A stretch of DNA of 64,000 nucleotides from Clostridia bacterium (GCA_030530315.1 JAUMVG010000003.1:62495-126494), one strand, 5' to 3'. Shown: positions 37,461 through 47,448, counted from the first letter of the stretch. Numbers and translations: made by a program. Notes: generated by a model not told the origin, from the sequence alone.

Positions 37461-40400
37461 CTCTGTTCCTCCTCGCCGTCGATCGGTTCAAATCGGAAGC
37501 CCTCAAAGTCAAACCTGCACCCGGGCAGGAACACGAAGGTCACGTCGCAGACGCCTCCCGGCGCCATGAACTCAAAGGACTGCGTTCCAGGCTCGGCTGC
37601 GCCTTCAAATCGGCACTCCCGGGTGGTCTGCTCGCCGTCCCTGGCGGTGAAGCGCACCTGAACCGGGTTCACCGCCAGCGGCGTGAAGCCCTCGATGGTC
37701 AGCCGAAGGGAGCGGTGTCCGCCGAAGTCCATGCCTGCAAACACCAGGGACACGTTGTTGCCGATCCCGCGCACCGCGCCGCCGTCCCGGACGAAGCTGT
37801 CGCCGTAGATGGCGTCGGCCTCGCCTGCCCGCAGCCGCAGCCACGCTCGGCTCTGCCGGATAAAGCGGAAGCCCTTCAGGTGGATCTTGCGCTCCATGGC
37901 GAAGCAAATCGTCTGCACGCCGGTGAAGCGCACCGGCAGCTTCCAGCGTTCGGTCTGGTATACGTTCCAGCGGCTGGGCTTCTGATAGGGCAGCACCGCC
38001 ACCCGCTCGCCTCCCGTCCGGGGATCCCCCCGGTACAGCGCGATTGCATACGCGCTGCCGTCCAGGGCGAACACCGGCAGCTCGATCTCGTCCGAACCCA
38101 CCGGGCCGAAGTCAACGTTTTCAAAGCCGACCATGCTCCAGCCGTCCCGGGCAAAGGAGACGCCCTTTTCGTTGCCGGGAGTGATCTCGCCGTCAGACAG
38201 GCTGTAGAGGCCCGCGGAGACGAATCCATAGGGATCGAGCCCGGCGCTGCCGAAGCCCCGCGCCTCGATCTCCAGCTGGGAGATGACCCGGGCGTGGTCC
38301 GCGCCGTTGTCGCAGACGGCCCGCAGGTACACCCTGCCGTCGCCCACGCCCGTCACCCGGACGCCGCCCGGCTCCGGCGAGAGGGTCGCGCAGGGGCTCT
38401 CGATGCCCGCCGCGTTGACGACGCGCCACTGGATCTCCTGCGCCGCCGCGTTCTCCGGCAGCAGCGCCGCCGCGAACCGCGCGGTGGGGCGCTCCGGCGT
38501 CAGCAGCGTGCCCTCCAGCGGGCGGATGTCGATGCGGCGCGCCTCGATGGGGCGGGATCCCCCGCTGCTTCGCGCCGCGACACCCAGCGGATGGCCGTGC
38601 CCGGGCCTGCCCTCCGCGCAAGCGAACTCGATCTGAAGCTCCCCAGCGGCGAGGCCCTCGGCCTCGGCCCGCACCACCGCCGTTCCCGGCGCGTCCGTCG
38701 CGCCGATCATGGCCAGCAGCTTCCCGCTGAACAGGCGGCGGGAGTCGGTCTTGTAGCCGTCCTCGTCGGTGCTGTCGCCGTTGTCCAGGCCCAGCAGCCG
38801 CGCCGGCCCCTCGACGTTCACCTTCACCCGGTCCACCGCGTTCTCCACGGGGTTGCCCAGCGCGTCCAGGGCCTCTATGGCGACGAAGCACACATCCTCG
38901 CCGTCGGCGAGGAGCCTCGTCCTCTCCGCCGTCAGCGCCAGGGAAGCGCTGTCCCCCGGGGTGCGGCGAATATCCGAAGCGATCACCGCGCCGGTTTCAT
39001 CCCGGCACAGGGCTTTCAGCTCTCCCGGCTCGAAGGGAACCTGCCACAGCGCCACGCTCTTCTCTGAAACGCGCAGGTCCAGCTCCCGGACGCCCAGGCT
39101 GTTGCCGTTCAGCAGCAGCTCCACGGAGGCGCCGTTGGCGTAGACCGGCACGTCGATCCGCTGGCCCCGGTTCCAGTCCCAGCTGACGCCGATGTGGGCC
39201 ATGGGCTCCGGGTTCCACAGCGCCTTGACCTGATACCAGGCGTCCTTCGGGAAGCCGGCGGTGTCCACCATGCCGAAGTAGCAGCTTCGGGTGTGATACG
39301 GCGTGGGCTCGCCGATGTAGTCGATGCCGCTCCACAGGAACTGACCCAGCGTCCACGGGGTGTTCAGATCGTCCACCAGGCAGCGGCGCATGTCCTGGGT
39401 GCCCCAGGAGGTGATGCTGTTGCCCAGGGCCGAGCACTGCAAATCCTCCTCCGAGAGGATCTTCGCCGCCAGCGGGAAGTGGTAGACGCCCCGGCTGGAC
39501 AGCATCGAGGCGGTCTCGCTGCCGTAGATCGCCCAGTCCGGATGGGCGGCTCGGTGGGCCTCGTAGTACTTCTCCGCATAGTTGTACCCGGCGATCTTCA
39601 GCGCGTCGGCGCACTTCTGCGCGCCCTCCCAGGGCATGTAGTTGCTGCCCATGGTCGCCCGGGTGTTGCCATCGGGATCCCAGCGCTCCACCTCATTGCG
39701 AATCGCGGCGGTCAAGGCCGGGGCCTCCGGGGAGACGTGGCAGTCCAGGATCTCGTTGCCGATGGACCACAGGATCACGCAGGGATGGTTCCGGTCCCGG
39801 CGCACCCAGGCGCGCACGTCCGAGCGCCAGTTGTCCTCGAAGAACCGGGCGTAGTCAAAGGAATTCTTGGGGAGGGCCCACATGTCGAAGGCCTCGTCCA
39901 CCACCAGCAGACCCTCCTCGTCGCAGATGTCCAGCGCCCGGGCCGCGGGCGGATTGTGAGATGTCCGCAGGGCGTTGGCCCCCATCCGCTTCATCAGGCG
40001 CGCCTGGCGGCGGAAGGCGGCGGCGTTGAAGGCCGAGCCCAGCGCGCCAAGGTCGTGGTGCAGGCACACGCCGTGCAGCTTGGTCGGCACGCCGTTGAGC
40101 AAAAAGCCCCGCTCCGGATCGAAGGCCGTCCGGCGCAGGCCGACCCGGACCGTCTCCACCTGCCCCGCGACCGCGCAGGTCAGCGCGTACAGCCGCGGCG
40201 CGTCACAGCTCCACAGTCGGGGCCGGTCCACCCGAAGCTCCGCCCGGAGGACGTCCCCGGCATCCTCAATGGAGACTTCATCCACCGGGTTCCCGTCGGG
40301 ATCGGCGAGTCGCAGGACCACATTCCCGCCCCGGGGCGCGCCTTCCAGCTCCACGTCCACTGTCACGCGCCACGCGCCGTCTCCCTCCGGGGCGCAGCGG

Positions 40401-40867
40401 ACGTACAGGCCGTCCGGCGCGATATGGCGCGGAGGCAGCGCCGACAGCGTGACATCCCGGAAGATGCCCGCGCCGGAGTACCAGCGGGAGTTGGGCGCGC
40501 GGTGGCGCACGCAGACCATCAGCCGGTTCTCCCCCGTCCTGAGCGCCCCGTTCAGGGGCACGTCGAAGGCGGTGTAGCCGTAGCGGTGAGTGGTCAGCAG
40601 GGTCCCGTTCAGCCAGACGTCGCAGTCCATGTAGACGCCGTCGAACCGCAGGGACCAGTCCAGCGCGGCGAAGTCCTCCGGCGCGACCAGCGCGCGGCGG
40701 TACCAGCCGTCCCCGTCCTCATACAGAGCATCCGCCTGCCAGATCAGCCAATCGTGGGGAATGTCCAGCGCCTGCCAGGAGGCCTCCGGCAGGCGCTGGA
40801 CAGCCTCCAGGTCGCTGCCTGGCGCCAGCTTGACGAAGTTCCAGTTGTCGTTGATCAGTCGTTGCAT
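37457..40867 (-). CDS. Glycoside hydrolase family 2 (beta-galactosidase/beta-glucuronidase-like) with extra C-terminal domains
   Basis: INDNWNF..., NHPCVILWSIGNE acid/base region; no signal peptide; ATG 40867 preferred over TTG 40888. Confidence 0.85.
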   Translation of the reverse strand: MQRLINDNWNFVKLAPGSDLEAVQRLPEASWQALDIPHDWLIWQADALYEDGDGWYRRALVAPEDFAALDWSLRFDGVYMDCDVWLNGTLLTTHRYGYTAFDVPLNGALRTGENRLMVCVRHRAPNSRWYSGAGIFRDVTLSALPPRHIAPDGLYVRCAPEGDGAWRVTVDVELEGAPRGGNVVLRLADPDGNPVDEVSIEDAGDVLRAELRVDRPRLWSCDAPRLYALTCAVAGQVETVRVGLRRTAFDPERGFLLNGVPTKLHGVCLHHDLGALGSAFNAAAFRRQARLMKRMGANALRTSHNPPAARALDICDEEGLLVVDEAFDMWALPKNSFDYARFFEDNWRSDVRAWVRRDRNHPCVILWSIGNEILDCHVSPEAPALTAAIRNEVERWDPDGNTRATMGSNYMPWEGAQKCADALKIAGYNYAEKYYEAHRAAHPDWAIYGSETASMLSSRGVYHFPLAAKILSEEDLQCSALGNSITSWGTQDMRRCLVDDLNTPWTLGQFLWSGIDYIGEPTPYHTRSCYFGMVDTAGFPKDAWYQVKALWNPEPMAHIGVSWDWNRGQRIDVPVYANGASVELLLNGNSLGVRELDLRVSEKSVALWQVPFEPGELKALCRDETGAVIASDIRRTPGDSASLALTAERTRLLADGEDVCFVAIEALDALGNPVENAVDRVKVNVEGPARLLGLDNGDSTDEDGYKTDSRRLFSGKLLAMIGATDAPGTAVVRAEAEGLAAGELQIEFACAEGRPGHGHPLGVAARSSGGSRPIEARRIDIRPLEGTLLTPERPTARFAAALLPENAAAQEIQWRVVNAAGIESPCATLSPEPGGVRVTGVGDGRVYLRAVCDNGADHARVISQLEIEARGFGSAGLDPYGFVSAGLYSLSDGEITPGNEKGVSFARDGWSMVGFENVDFGPVGSDEIELPVFALDGSAYAIALYRGDPRTGGERVAVLPYQKPSRWNVYQTERWKLPVRFTGVQTICFAMERKIHLKGFRFIRQSRAWLRLRAGEADAIYGDSFVRDGGAVRGIGNNVSLVFAGMDFGGHRSLRLTIEGFTPLAVNPVQVRFTARDGEQTTRECRFEGAAEPGTQSFEFMAPGGVCDVTFVFLPGCRFDFEGFRFEPIDGEEEQR

Positions 40868-40918
40868 TGCCCGTTTACTTCCCTTCAAGCCCCAAAGACT
40901 CGCGCCTGGGGCGGTTCT

Positions 40919-40951
40919 AAAAAAGGGGGAGCAGTTTGAAACCGCTCCCCC
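40919..40951 (-). terminator. Rho-independent terminator after the binding-protein gene, inside the operon
   Basis: Minus strand GGGGGAGC-loop-GCTCCCCC followed by TTTTTT. Confidence 0.8.
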
Positions 40952-40983
40952 TGATCCGGACGACGTGAGTCGCCCTTCAGCCG

Positions 40984-42597
40984 TTATTCGGCAGTGTAGC
41001 CGTAGTACTGCTCCAGTTTCGCGGCGCGCTCGTCGATGATCTCCTGGCCGCCGTTGGTCAGGTAGTCATCCATGCCCTGATCGTACACGGCGTCGAAGTC
41101 GTCCACGGAAGCGGTGACGGCCTTGTTCAGCAGGCTGTCGCGGAACTCGGGCAGGCGGGTGCCGTACTCCTGCTCGGCCTCGATGGCACCGCAGTGATAG
41201 GTGGTTACGATGCGGCCGTCGGCCTTGGCAGCGGCGTTGGCGGTGACGATCAGCTCGGGAGCAACCTTCTCATAGCCCATAGCGGTGGTCACGGCAGTGG
41301 CATCGCCCAGGTACAGGCCGTTCACGGTGATGGTGTAGTCGATGTTGTTCAGGCTGTTCTGCAGGTAGTCGCCGGTGGTGGCGATCTTCTCATAGCCGCC
41401 CTCGATCACGTTGTAGGTCTCGCCCTCCTTGCCCAGCTGCAGGAACGCGATGGTCTCGGGATCGGAGATGAAGTCCAGGTACAGCAGGGAAGCGAGAGGC
41501 TCCTCGTTGGTGGCCGGGAAGAACACCTTGCGGTCGATGGAGGGAGCCAGGAACTTGCGATGCAGGCCCGCCTCGTTCACGAAGGTATCCACCGCGACGT
41601 AGCAGGCATCCTCGCCCACGTTGCGCTGCAGGTTGGCCTGGATGGAATCCTCGCCGCCGCGATAGGGGTAGTCCCAGTTGTGCTGGAAGGCACCGACGAA
41701 GCCGGCCTTCATCATGTCGTCCTCGTGGGTGGAGTCAGAGGCATACTCGGCGAAGTCCTTCCAGACCAGGCCCTCGTTGTACCACTTGTTCAGCACGCGG
41801 ACGCCTTCCTTGTAGTTGGGATACAGCAGGTGGCGATCGTCGAAGCCGTTGATGTACAGGTCCTCGTCCTTGGCGTCTTCCGGCACATAGGCCATGAACA
41901 GCAGGTCGTTGCGCCAGCCGATGTCATAGCTGGTGCTGTAGGGGACCATCTTGGAGGCGTCGCCGCCCAGCAGGGTCTCGGCGTTGTCGCGGAAGGCCAC
42001 CAGGCAGTTGTAGAACTCTTCCTCGGTGGTGGGCAGCTCCATGCCCAGCTTGTCCAGCCAGTCCTTGCGGATGAAGGTGTTGATGCGGGCGTTGTCGGCC
42101 AGGGTCGCCTCGACGGCCCACAGGTCGCCGGAGTCGGGATCCTGATCCCAGAAGATGTTGGTGTCGCCCAGCAGGTTCCACAGGTTGGGCAGGACGTCCT
42201 TGTACTCCTCGAGGGCCTTGCCGCCGATTTCATTCAGGTTGATGATGCCGCCCATGTCGGCATAGGACTGAATGGTGGGATAGGAGTAGGTCACGCACAC
42301 GTCGGGGGCATCGCCAGCCGCCAGCGCGGTGTTCATGTCGTCGACCTCGGTCCAACGGCCGATGGAGACAAACTCCACCTCGACGTTGTACTTCTCGAGC
42401 ATGCCGGCCTTGATGTAGTCGGTATACACGTTGTTGGTCGGATCGGTGCCGCCGTCGTTGTTGCGGTTGTAGATCTCAACGGTGATGTGGCGGGTCTCGG
42501 CAAACTTGCCGTCCACGAGCTCCTCAGCGGACGCGGAGAAGGCGCACACGGAAAGCAGCATGGCCAGCGCCAGCACAAGGGTCAAAAGTTTCTTCAT
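40984..42597 (-). CDS. Extracellular solute-binding lipoprotein, LplA-like (large family-1 SBP)
   Basis: Signal MKKLLTLVLALAMLLSVCAFS with Cys; 537 aa. Confidence 0.8.
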   Translation of the reverse strand: MKKLLTLVLALAMLLSVCAFSASAEELVDGKFAETRHITVEIYNRNNDGGTDPTNNVYTDYIKAGMLEKYNVEVEFVSIGRWTEVDDMNTALAAGDAPDVCVTYSYPTIQSYADMGGIINLNEIGGKALEEYKDVLPNLWNLLGDTNIFWDQDPDSGDLWAVEATLADNARINTFIRKDWLDKLGMELPTTEEEFYNCLVAFRDNAETLLGGDASKMVPYSTSYDIGWRNDLLFMAYVPEDAKDEDLYINGFDDRHLLYPNYKEGVRVLNKWYNEGLVWKDFAEYASDSTHEDDMMKAGFVGAFQHNWDYPYRGGEDSIQANLQRNVGEDACYVAVDTFVNEAGLHRKFLAPSIDRKVFFPATNEEPLASLLYLDFISDPETIAFLQLGKEGETYNVIEGGYEKIATTGDYLQNSLNNIDYTITVNGLYLGDATAVTTAMGYEKVAPELIVTANAAAKADGRIVTTYHCGAIEAEQEYGTRLPEFRDSLLNKAVTASVDDFDAVYDQGMDDYLTNGGQEIIDERAAKLEQYYGYTAE

Positions 42598-42644
42598 GTC
42601 TATGTCCTCCTTACTATATTATGGGCATCCAGCCCAGGGATACA

Positions 42645-42744
42645 AATTGGAGTTGGGAGTTTAGAGTTTAGAGTTAAATAAGCTGGCCGTGCGGGGATCA
42701 AATGCCATGCCATTCCCTGGCACTCATTATCTGAACTCTTAACT
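42645..42744. repeat. Gene-less element bounded by inverted tandem-heptamer arrays
   Basis: AGTTGGG AGTTTAG AGTTTAG AGTTAAA 42651-42678 versus CTGAACT CTTAACT 42731-42744 (reverse complement AGTTAAG AGTTCAG); 52-bp core. Confidence 0.7.
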
Positions 42745-42761
42745 CTCGCGCGCAAGCGCGA

Positions 42762-43634
42762 TCAGCCCTTCACCGCGCCCAGGGTGACGCCGGTGACGAA
42801 GTAGCGCTGCAGCCAGGGATAGATCAGCAGGATCGGCACGGTGGCGAACATGACGGTCGCCATCTTCAGGGTCTCGCCCAGGCCGGGAGAGGAGAAGCCC
42901 TCCTGCGTGGCCACCTCCACGTTGGTGGTGTTCTGCAGGATGTTGTACAGCAGCAGCTGGATGGGATACAGGTCCTCCCGCTTCTTCAGGTACAGCAGGG
43001 CGTCGGAGAAGCCGTTCCAGCGGCCCACGGCGTAGAACAGCGCCAGCGTGGCCAGCACCGCCTTGGACAGGGGCAGGTAGATCTGGATCAGCGTGCGGAT
43101 GGGGCCCGCGCCGTCGATCTCGGCGGCCTCCCTCAGGCTCTCGGGCACGCCGTAGAAGAACGAGCGCATGATGATCATGTTGTACACGCTCAGGCAGCTG
43201 GGGATGACCAGCACCCAGATGGTGTCCAGCATGCCCAGGTTGCGCAGCCACAGATAGTGGGGAATCATGCCGGCGGAGAAGTACATGGTGAACAGCACGA
43301 TCACGTTGATGACCTTGCCGCCCTTCAGTTCCTTATAGGTCAGCGGATAGGCGCACATGATGGTCATCGCCAGGGACAGCAGCGTGCAGCCCACGGTCAG
43401 CAGGCCGGTGTACCACAGGGAGTGGACGTACTTGGGGTCCTTCAGCACCGTGGTGTAGGCGTCCACGTTCCAGCCCTTGGGCCAGAGGACGACCTCGTTG
43501 CGGATCAGGTATTCAGCGGAGGAGAGGGAACGGGCCAGCACGTTCAGCAGCGGCACCAGGCACACAAACATGACGATGAAGCTGATGATGGCGATGATCC
43601 AGTCGCCCACCTGAGTGGATTTGGATTTAATCAT
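42762..43634 (-). CDS. Carbohydrate ABC transporter permease (LplC-like)
   Basis: 290 aa, six TM, EAAEIDGAGPIRTLIQIYLPLSK EAA loop. Confidence 0.9.
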   Translation of the reverse strand: MIKSKSTQVGDWIIAIISFIVMFVCLVPLLNVLARSLSSAEYLIRNEVVLWPKGWNVDAYTTVLKDPKYVHSLWYTGLLTVGCTLLSLAMTIMCAYPLTYKELKGGKVINVIVLFTMYFSAGMIPHYLWLRNLGMLDTIWVLVIPSCLSVYNMIIMRSFFYGVPESLREAAEIDGAGPIRTLIQIYLPLSKAVLATLALFYAVGRWNGFSDALLYLKKREDLYPIQLLLYNILQNTTNVEVATQEGFSSPGLGETLKMATVMFATVPILLIYPWLQRYFVTGVTLGAVKG

Positions 43635-43649
43635 TGATCGCGCACCCCC

Positions 43650-44609
43650 TTACATAATGCCGCGCTCGCCCATGCGCTTGGCCATCGCGTTGGCGGCAAC
43701 AAGGAAAATGACGCCGACCACGGACTGGAACAGGCCCACGGCGGTGGTAAGGGCGAACTTGTTGGCCTTCAAGCCGTTCTGGTACACATAGATGGAGATA
43801 ACCTGGGAGACGTCCGACACCAGCTTGTTGCTCAACGCCAGGGGACGGTCGAACTCGGAGCCCAGGATGCGGCCCAGGTTCATAATCAGCAGCGTGATGA
43901 TGGTCGGCCGCAGGCCCGGCAGCGTCACGTGCCAGATGCGCTTGAAGCGGCCCGCGCCGTCCACGGCGGCGGCCTCATACAGCTCGGGGCTGATGCCCGT
44001 CAGCGCGGCCAGGTAGATGATGGTGCCCCAGCCAGCTTCCTTCCAGATGCCCAGCACCACGTAGGTGCCGACCCACCAGTTGGTGTTGCTCATGAAGGGG
44101 ATCGACGCGTCGGCATTGCCGGTCATGCGCTTGTAGAGGATGTTCACCAGGCCGTCGTTGCTGGCCAGAAGCCTCAGCGCCAGGCCGGAGATGATGATCC
44201 AGCTCAGGAAGTGGGGCATGTACAGCACGGTCTGGGTGATCTTCTTGAAGCGCTTGAAGGACAGCTCGTTCAGCAGCAGCGCCAGCAGGATCGGCGCCGG
44301 GAAGCCGCAGATGAGGTCCAGCAGGTTCAGCATGATGGTGTTGCGCAGGGCGTTGATGAAGGTGCGGTCCTTGAATGCCTTGACGAACCACTCAAAACCG
44401 CCGTTCTTCGCCCATTTCAGCTCCCACGGATTTTTGAAGATGTTGTTTTCCTTGAACGCGCCGAGAATCCAGGCCATCGGCACGTACCGGAAGATGATAA
44501 AGAAAACAAGGGGAAGAATCAGAAGCAGATAAAGTGTTCCGTAGCGGCGCATGTAGGCCTTGAAATTCGACGACCGATTGCTCGGCAGTCTGCTTGCATT
44601 GGTATTCAA
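43650..44609 (-). CDS. Carbohydrate ABC transporter permease (LplB-like)
   Basis: EAAAVDGAGRFKRIWHVTLPGL EAA loop; TTG start 6 nt after GGAGGAGG. Confidence 0.9.
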   Translation of the reverse strand: MNTNASRLPSNRSSNFKAYMRRYGTLYLLLILPLVFFIIFRYVPMAWILGAFKENNIFKNPWELKWAKNGGFEWFVKAFKDRTFINALRNTIMLNLLDLICGFPAPILLALLLNELSFKRFKKITQTVLYMPHFLSWIIISGLALRLLASNDGLVNILYKRMTGNADASIPFMSNTNWWVGTYVVLGIWKEAGWGTIIYLAALTGISPELYEAAAVDGAGRFKRIWHVTLPGLRPTIITLLIMNLGRILGSEFDRPLALSNKLVSDVSQVISIYVYQNGLKANKFALTTAVGLFQSVVGVIFLVAANAMAKRMGERGIM

Positions 44610-44785
44610 GCGCAGCCTCCTCCTTTCATTGCGGGGTCATTTTGGCAGCCCCATGCCATCTTTACGCAATCAATTTGGAATAGTGTAAAAAAACATCCCT
44701 CATTATTTGTATTATACTATGTAAAAAGTGAGCGCATCTTATCAAATCATTCTATAAAACTCTCAGATATTGCTAATTTGTAGTA

Positions 44786-45664
44786 TCAAACCGTCCCCGG
44801 CGCGTGCTGGCGCATCCGTCGGTACTGGGAGGGCGTCACGCCCTCGTACTGCTTGAACACGCGGTTGAAGGTGGCGATGGAGTCGAATCCGGCCTGGAGA
44901 GCCACCTCCGTCACCCGCAGCTGGGGATTGGACAGCAGGCGCCGGCAGAGCACCAGGCGCTGGCGCATATAATAGTCGTAGAAGCTCATGCCCGAATAGA
45001 GCTTGAAGGTGCGGGCGAAGTGGTATTTGCTGTAGCCGCAGTAGGCGGCCATGTCGTCCAGGGTCAGCTTCTCGTCGCAGTGCTCGGCGATATAAGTGCA
45101 GGCGTTGGCCAGCACGGTCATCGCCAGGTGCTGCCTGGGCGTGGTCTGGACGCGGTCCCCCGCCTCATCCGAGAGCAGATACTGGGCCGTGCGCACCAGC
45201 ACCAGCCGCAGCCAAAGCCGGGCCGCCGTGGGCGAAAGGGCCTTGTCCTGGCCGAATTCCCGCACGGCGTTGATAAAGTAGCCGCGGATCTCCTCCAGCG
45301 CGGCGCCGTCCCGGTCGGCGCGCAGGTGGACGCAGGGATACAGCACGCGCTGCACCTGGGGCAGCCCTTCGATGGTATAGAACTCCCTCTGGTCGATCAG
45401 GAACAGGTAGCGGAAGCCCTCCTCCGGCGCGAAGATCTCGTGCACCACGCCCGCGGGCACCATGAACAGCTCCCCCGGCTCGATCTTGTAGGCGGTCTGC
45501 CCCACCATGACGGTGTAGTCGTTCTCCATGGGCATGATGACCTCCGCCGCGTTGTGCCAATGCGCCGGATAGTCGTCCGCCTCCCGGTTGCGATAGAGGC
45601 GCACCGAGTCGTCCACGTGGTGCTCGATCTGTCTCAGCTTGAAGAAGGATTCCTGCATGCCCAT
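44786..45664 (-). CDS. AraC family transcriptional regulator (cupin plus HTH)
   Basis: C-terminal AraC HTH (YSKYHFARTFK..., GFDSIATFNRVFKQYEGVTPSQYR); start uncertain (45664, 45658 or 45721). Confidence 0.9.
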   Translation of the reverse strand: MGMQESFFKLRQIEHHVDDSVRLYRNREADDYPAHWHNAAEVIMPMENDYTVMVGQTAYKIEPGELFMVPAGVVHEIFAPEEGFRYLFLIDQREFYTIEGLPQVQRVLYPCVHLRADRDGAALEEIRGYFINAVREFGQDKALSPTAARLWLRLVLVRTAQYLLSDEAGDRVQTTPRQHLAMTVLANACTYIAEHCDEKLTLDDMAAYCGYSKYHFARTFKLYSGMSFYDYYMRQRLVLCRRLLSNPQLRVTEVALQAGFDSIATFNRVFKQYEGVTPSQYRRMRQHAPGTV

Positions 45665-45782
45665 CACCCAACGATATTTTAACAAAAAAACGCCCCGGAC
45701 GCAATGGGAAAATGCGCACAATCTGATGATTCCGGCAACGGCCGCCCTGGCTGCCGCCTTCGCCCGGGTTTTGTTTCTTTAC

Positions 45783-45811
45783 TTGCAAAAAGCCTATGAT
45801 GGGGTTATAAT
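45783..45811 (+). promoter_or_regulatory. Sigma-A promoter of serS
   Basis: TTGCAA 45783-45788, 17-nt spacer, TATAAT 45806-45811; only about 40 nt to the ATG. Confidence 0.75.
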
Positions 45812-45850
45812 ACTGGCATCAAAATCTACGATAAATCGAGGGAAAAGAAC

Positions 45851-47131
45851 ATGCTGGACATCAATCTGATCCGTACCAATCCCGATCTCGTGCGCGAGAA
45901 TATCAAGAAGAAGTTCCAGGACGAGAAGCTGCCCATGGTGGATGAGGTGCTGGAGCTGGACAAGAAGAACCGCGATGCCATCCAGCGGGCGGACTACCTG
46001 CGCTCCCAGCGCAACAAGATCTCCAAGCAGATCGGCATGCTGATGGGCCAGGGCAAGAAGGACGAGGCAGAGGCCGCCAAGCAGCAGGTCAAGGACATGC
46101 AGGACGAGCTGGCGGACATCGAGCAGAAGGAGACCGAGTACGCCGACGAGATCCGCAAGCGCATGCTGGTGATCCCCAACATCATCGACGCCTCCGTGCC
46201 CATCGGCAAGGACGACAGCGAGAACGTGGAGAACGAGCGCTTCGGCGAGCCCGTCGTGCCCGAGTGGGAGATCCCCCACCACACCGAGATCCTGGAGCGC
46301 CTGAACGGCCTGGACCTGGATTCCTCCCGCCGCACCACCGGCTATGGCTTCTATTATCTGAAGGGCGACATCGCCCGTCTGCACAGCGCCATACTGTCCT
46401 ACGCCCGGGATTTCATGATCGACCGCGGCTTTACCTATTATGTGCCCCCGTTCATGATCCACGGCAACGTGGTCACCGGCGTGATGAGCTTCGCTGAGAT
46501 GGAGAACATGATGTACAAGATCGAGGGCGAGGACCTCTACCTGATCGGCACCAGCGAGCACAGCATGATCGGCAAGTTCATCGACCAGATGCTGGACGAG
46601 AAGGACCTGCCCCAGACCCTGACCTCCTACTCCCCCTGCTTCCGCAAGGAAGTCGGCGCCCATGGCATCGAGGAGCGCGGCCTGTACCGCGTCCACCAGT
46701 TCGAAAAGCAGGAGATGGTCGTGGTCTGCAAGCCCGAGGACAGCATGATGTGGTATGAACGGCTGTGGAAGAACACCGTCGACTTCTTCCGCACGCTGGA
46801 CATCCCGGTGCGCACCCTGGAGTGCTGCTCCGGCGACCTGGCCGACCTGAAGGTGAAGAGCTGCGACGTGGAGGCCTGGTCTCCCCGCCAGAAAAAGTAC
46901 TTCGAGGTGGGCTCCTGCTCCAACCTGGGCGACGCCCAGGCCCGCCGGCTGAAGATCCGCGTCAAGGGCGCGGACGGCAAGAAGTACCTGCCCCACACCC
47001 TGAACAACACCGTGGTGGCCCCGCCCCGCATGCTGATCGCCTTCGTGGAAAACAACCTCCAGGCCGACGGCAGCGTCCGCATCCCCGAGGCCCTGCGGAT
47101 GTACATGGGCGGCAAGACCGAGATCCGTTGA
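45851..47131 (+). CDS. serS: Serine--tRNA ligase
   Basis: MLDINLIRTNPDLVRENIKKK coiled-coil N-terminus and class II core (TSEHSMIG, FRKEVGAHG, GSCSN). Confidence 0.97.
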   Translation: MLDINLIRTNPDLVRENIKKKFQDEKLPMVDEVLELDKKNRDAIQRADYLRSQRNKISKQIGMLMGQGKKDEAEAAKQQVKDMQDELADIEQKETEYADEIRKRMLVIPNIIDASVPIGKDDSENVENERFGEPVVPEWEIPHHTEILERLNGLDLDSSRRTTGYGFYYLKGDIARLHSAILSYARDFMIDRGFTYYVPPFMIHGNVVTGVMSFAEMENMMYKIEGEDLYLIGTSEHSMIGKFIDQMLDEKDLPQTLTSYSPCFRKEVGAHGIEERGLYRVHQFEKQEMVVVCKPEDSMMWYERLWKNTVDFFRTLDIPVRTLECCSGDLADLKVKSCDVEAWSPRQKKYFEVGSCSNLGDAQARRLKIRVKGADGKKYLPHTLNNTVVAPPRMLIAFVENNLQADGSVRIPEALRMYMGGKTEIR

Positions 47132-47186
47132 GCAGACGGCCCGGCGACCCTGCCGGCCCGGCCCCCATACCGACGCTCATAATTGA

Positions 47187-47238
47187 ACAGCCCGTCCGAA
47201 CGCGGCGCATCGACGCCGCGCCGGGACGGGCTGTTTTT
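47187..47238 (+). terminator. Rho-independent terminator of serS
   Basis: ACAGCCCGTCC ... GGACGGGCTGT followed by TTTTT. Confidence 0.85.
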
Positions 47239-47330
47239 ATACCTATTATATACCCCCTTTTCGTCCGGATTGTGCCGCCAGGGTTAAGCCCAATAACGCA
47301 ACGAATGAGCAGTAAAAATCAAAACAAGCA

Positions 47331-47359
47331 TTGACAAATTAGCAAAGTAGCTATAAAAT
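47331..47359 (+). promoter_or_regulatory. Sigma-A type promoter of the second ABC locus
   Basis: TTGACA 47331-47336, 17-nt spacer, TAAAAT 47354-47359. Confidence 0.6.
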
Positions 47360-47448
47360 ATAAAATATAGAGGTGCGTTTTAACATTTCCCCACGGATTT
47401 TTAGTCCGCCGTCAGGCGGCTGAAAAATAAAAAAGGAGGCTTTCACTT

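Noticed and set aside
35076-40939. Plus-strand ORFs of 861, 450 and 581 aa opposite GH67, the nitroreductase and GH2
   Set aside because: Antisense low-complexity translations; the minus-strand genes are well supported.
45722-45850. Possible T-box leader upstream of serS
   Set aside because: The promoter -10 ends at 45811, leaving only about 40 nt before the ATG. There is no GGTGGTACCGCG-like T-box sequence and no terminator/antiterminator pair.
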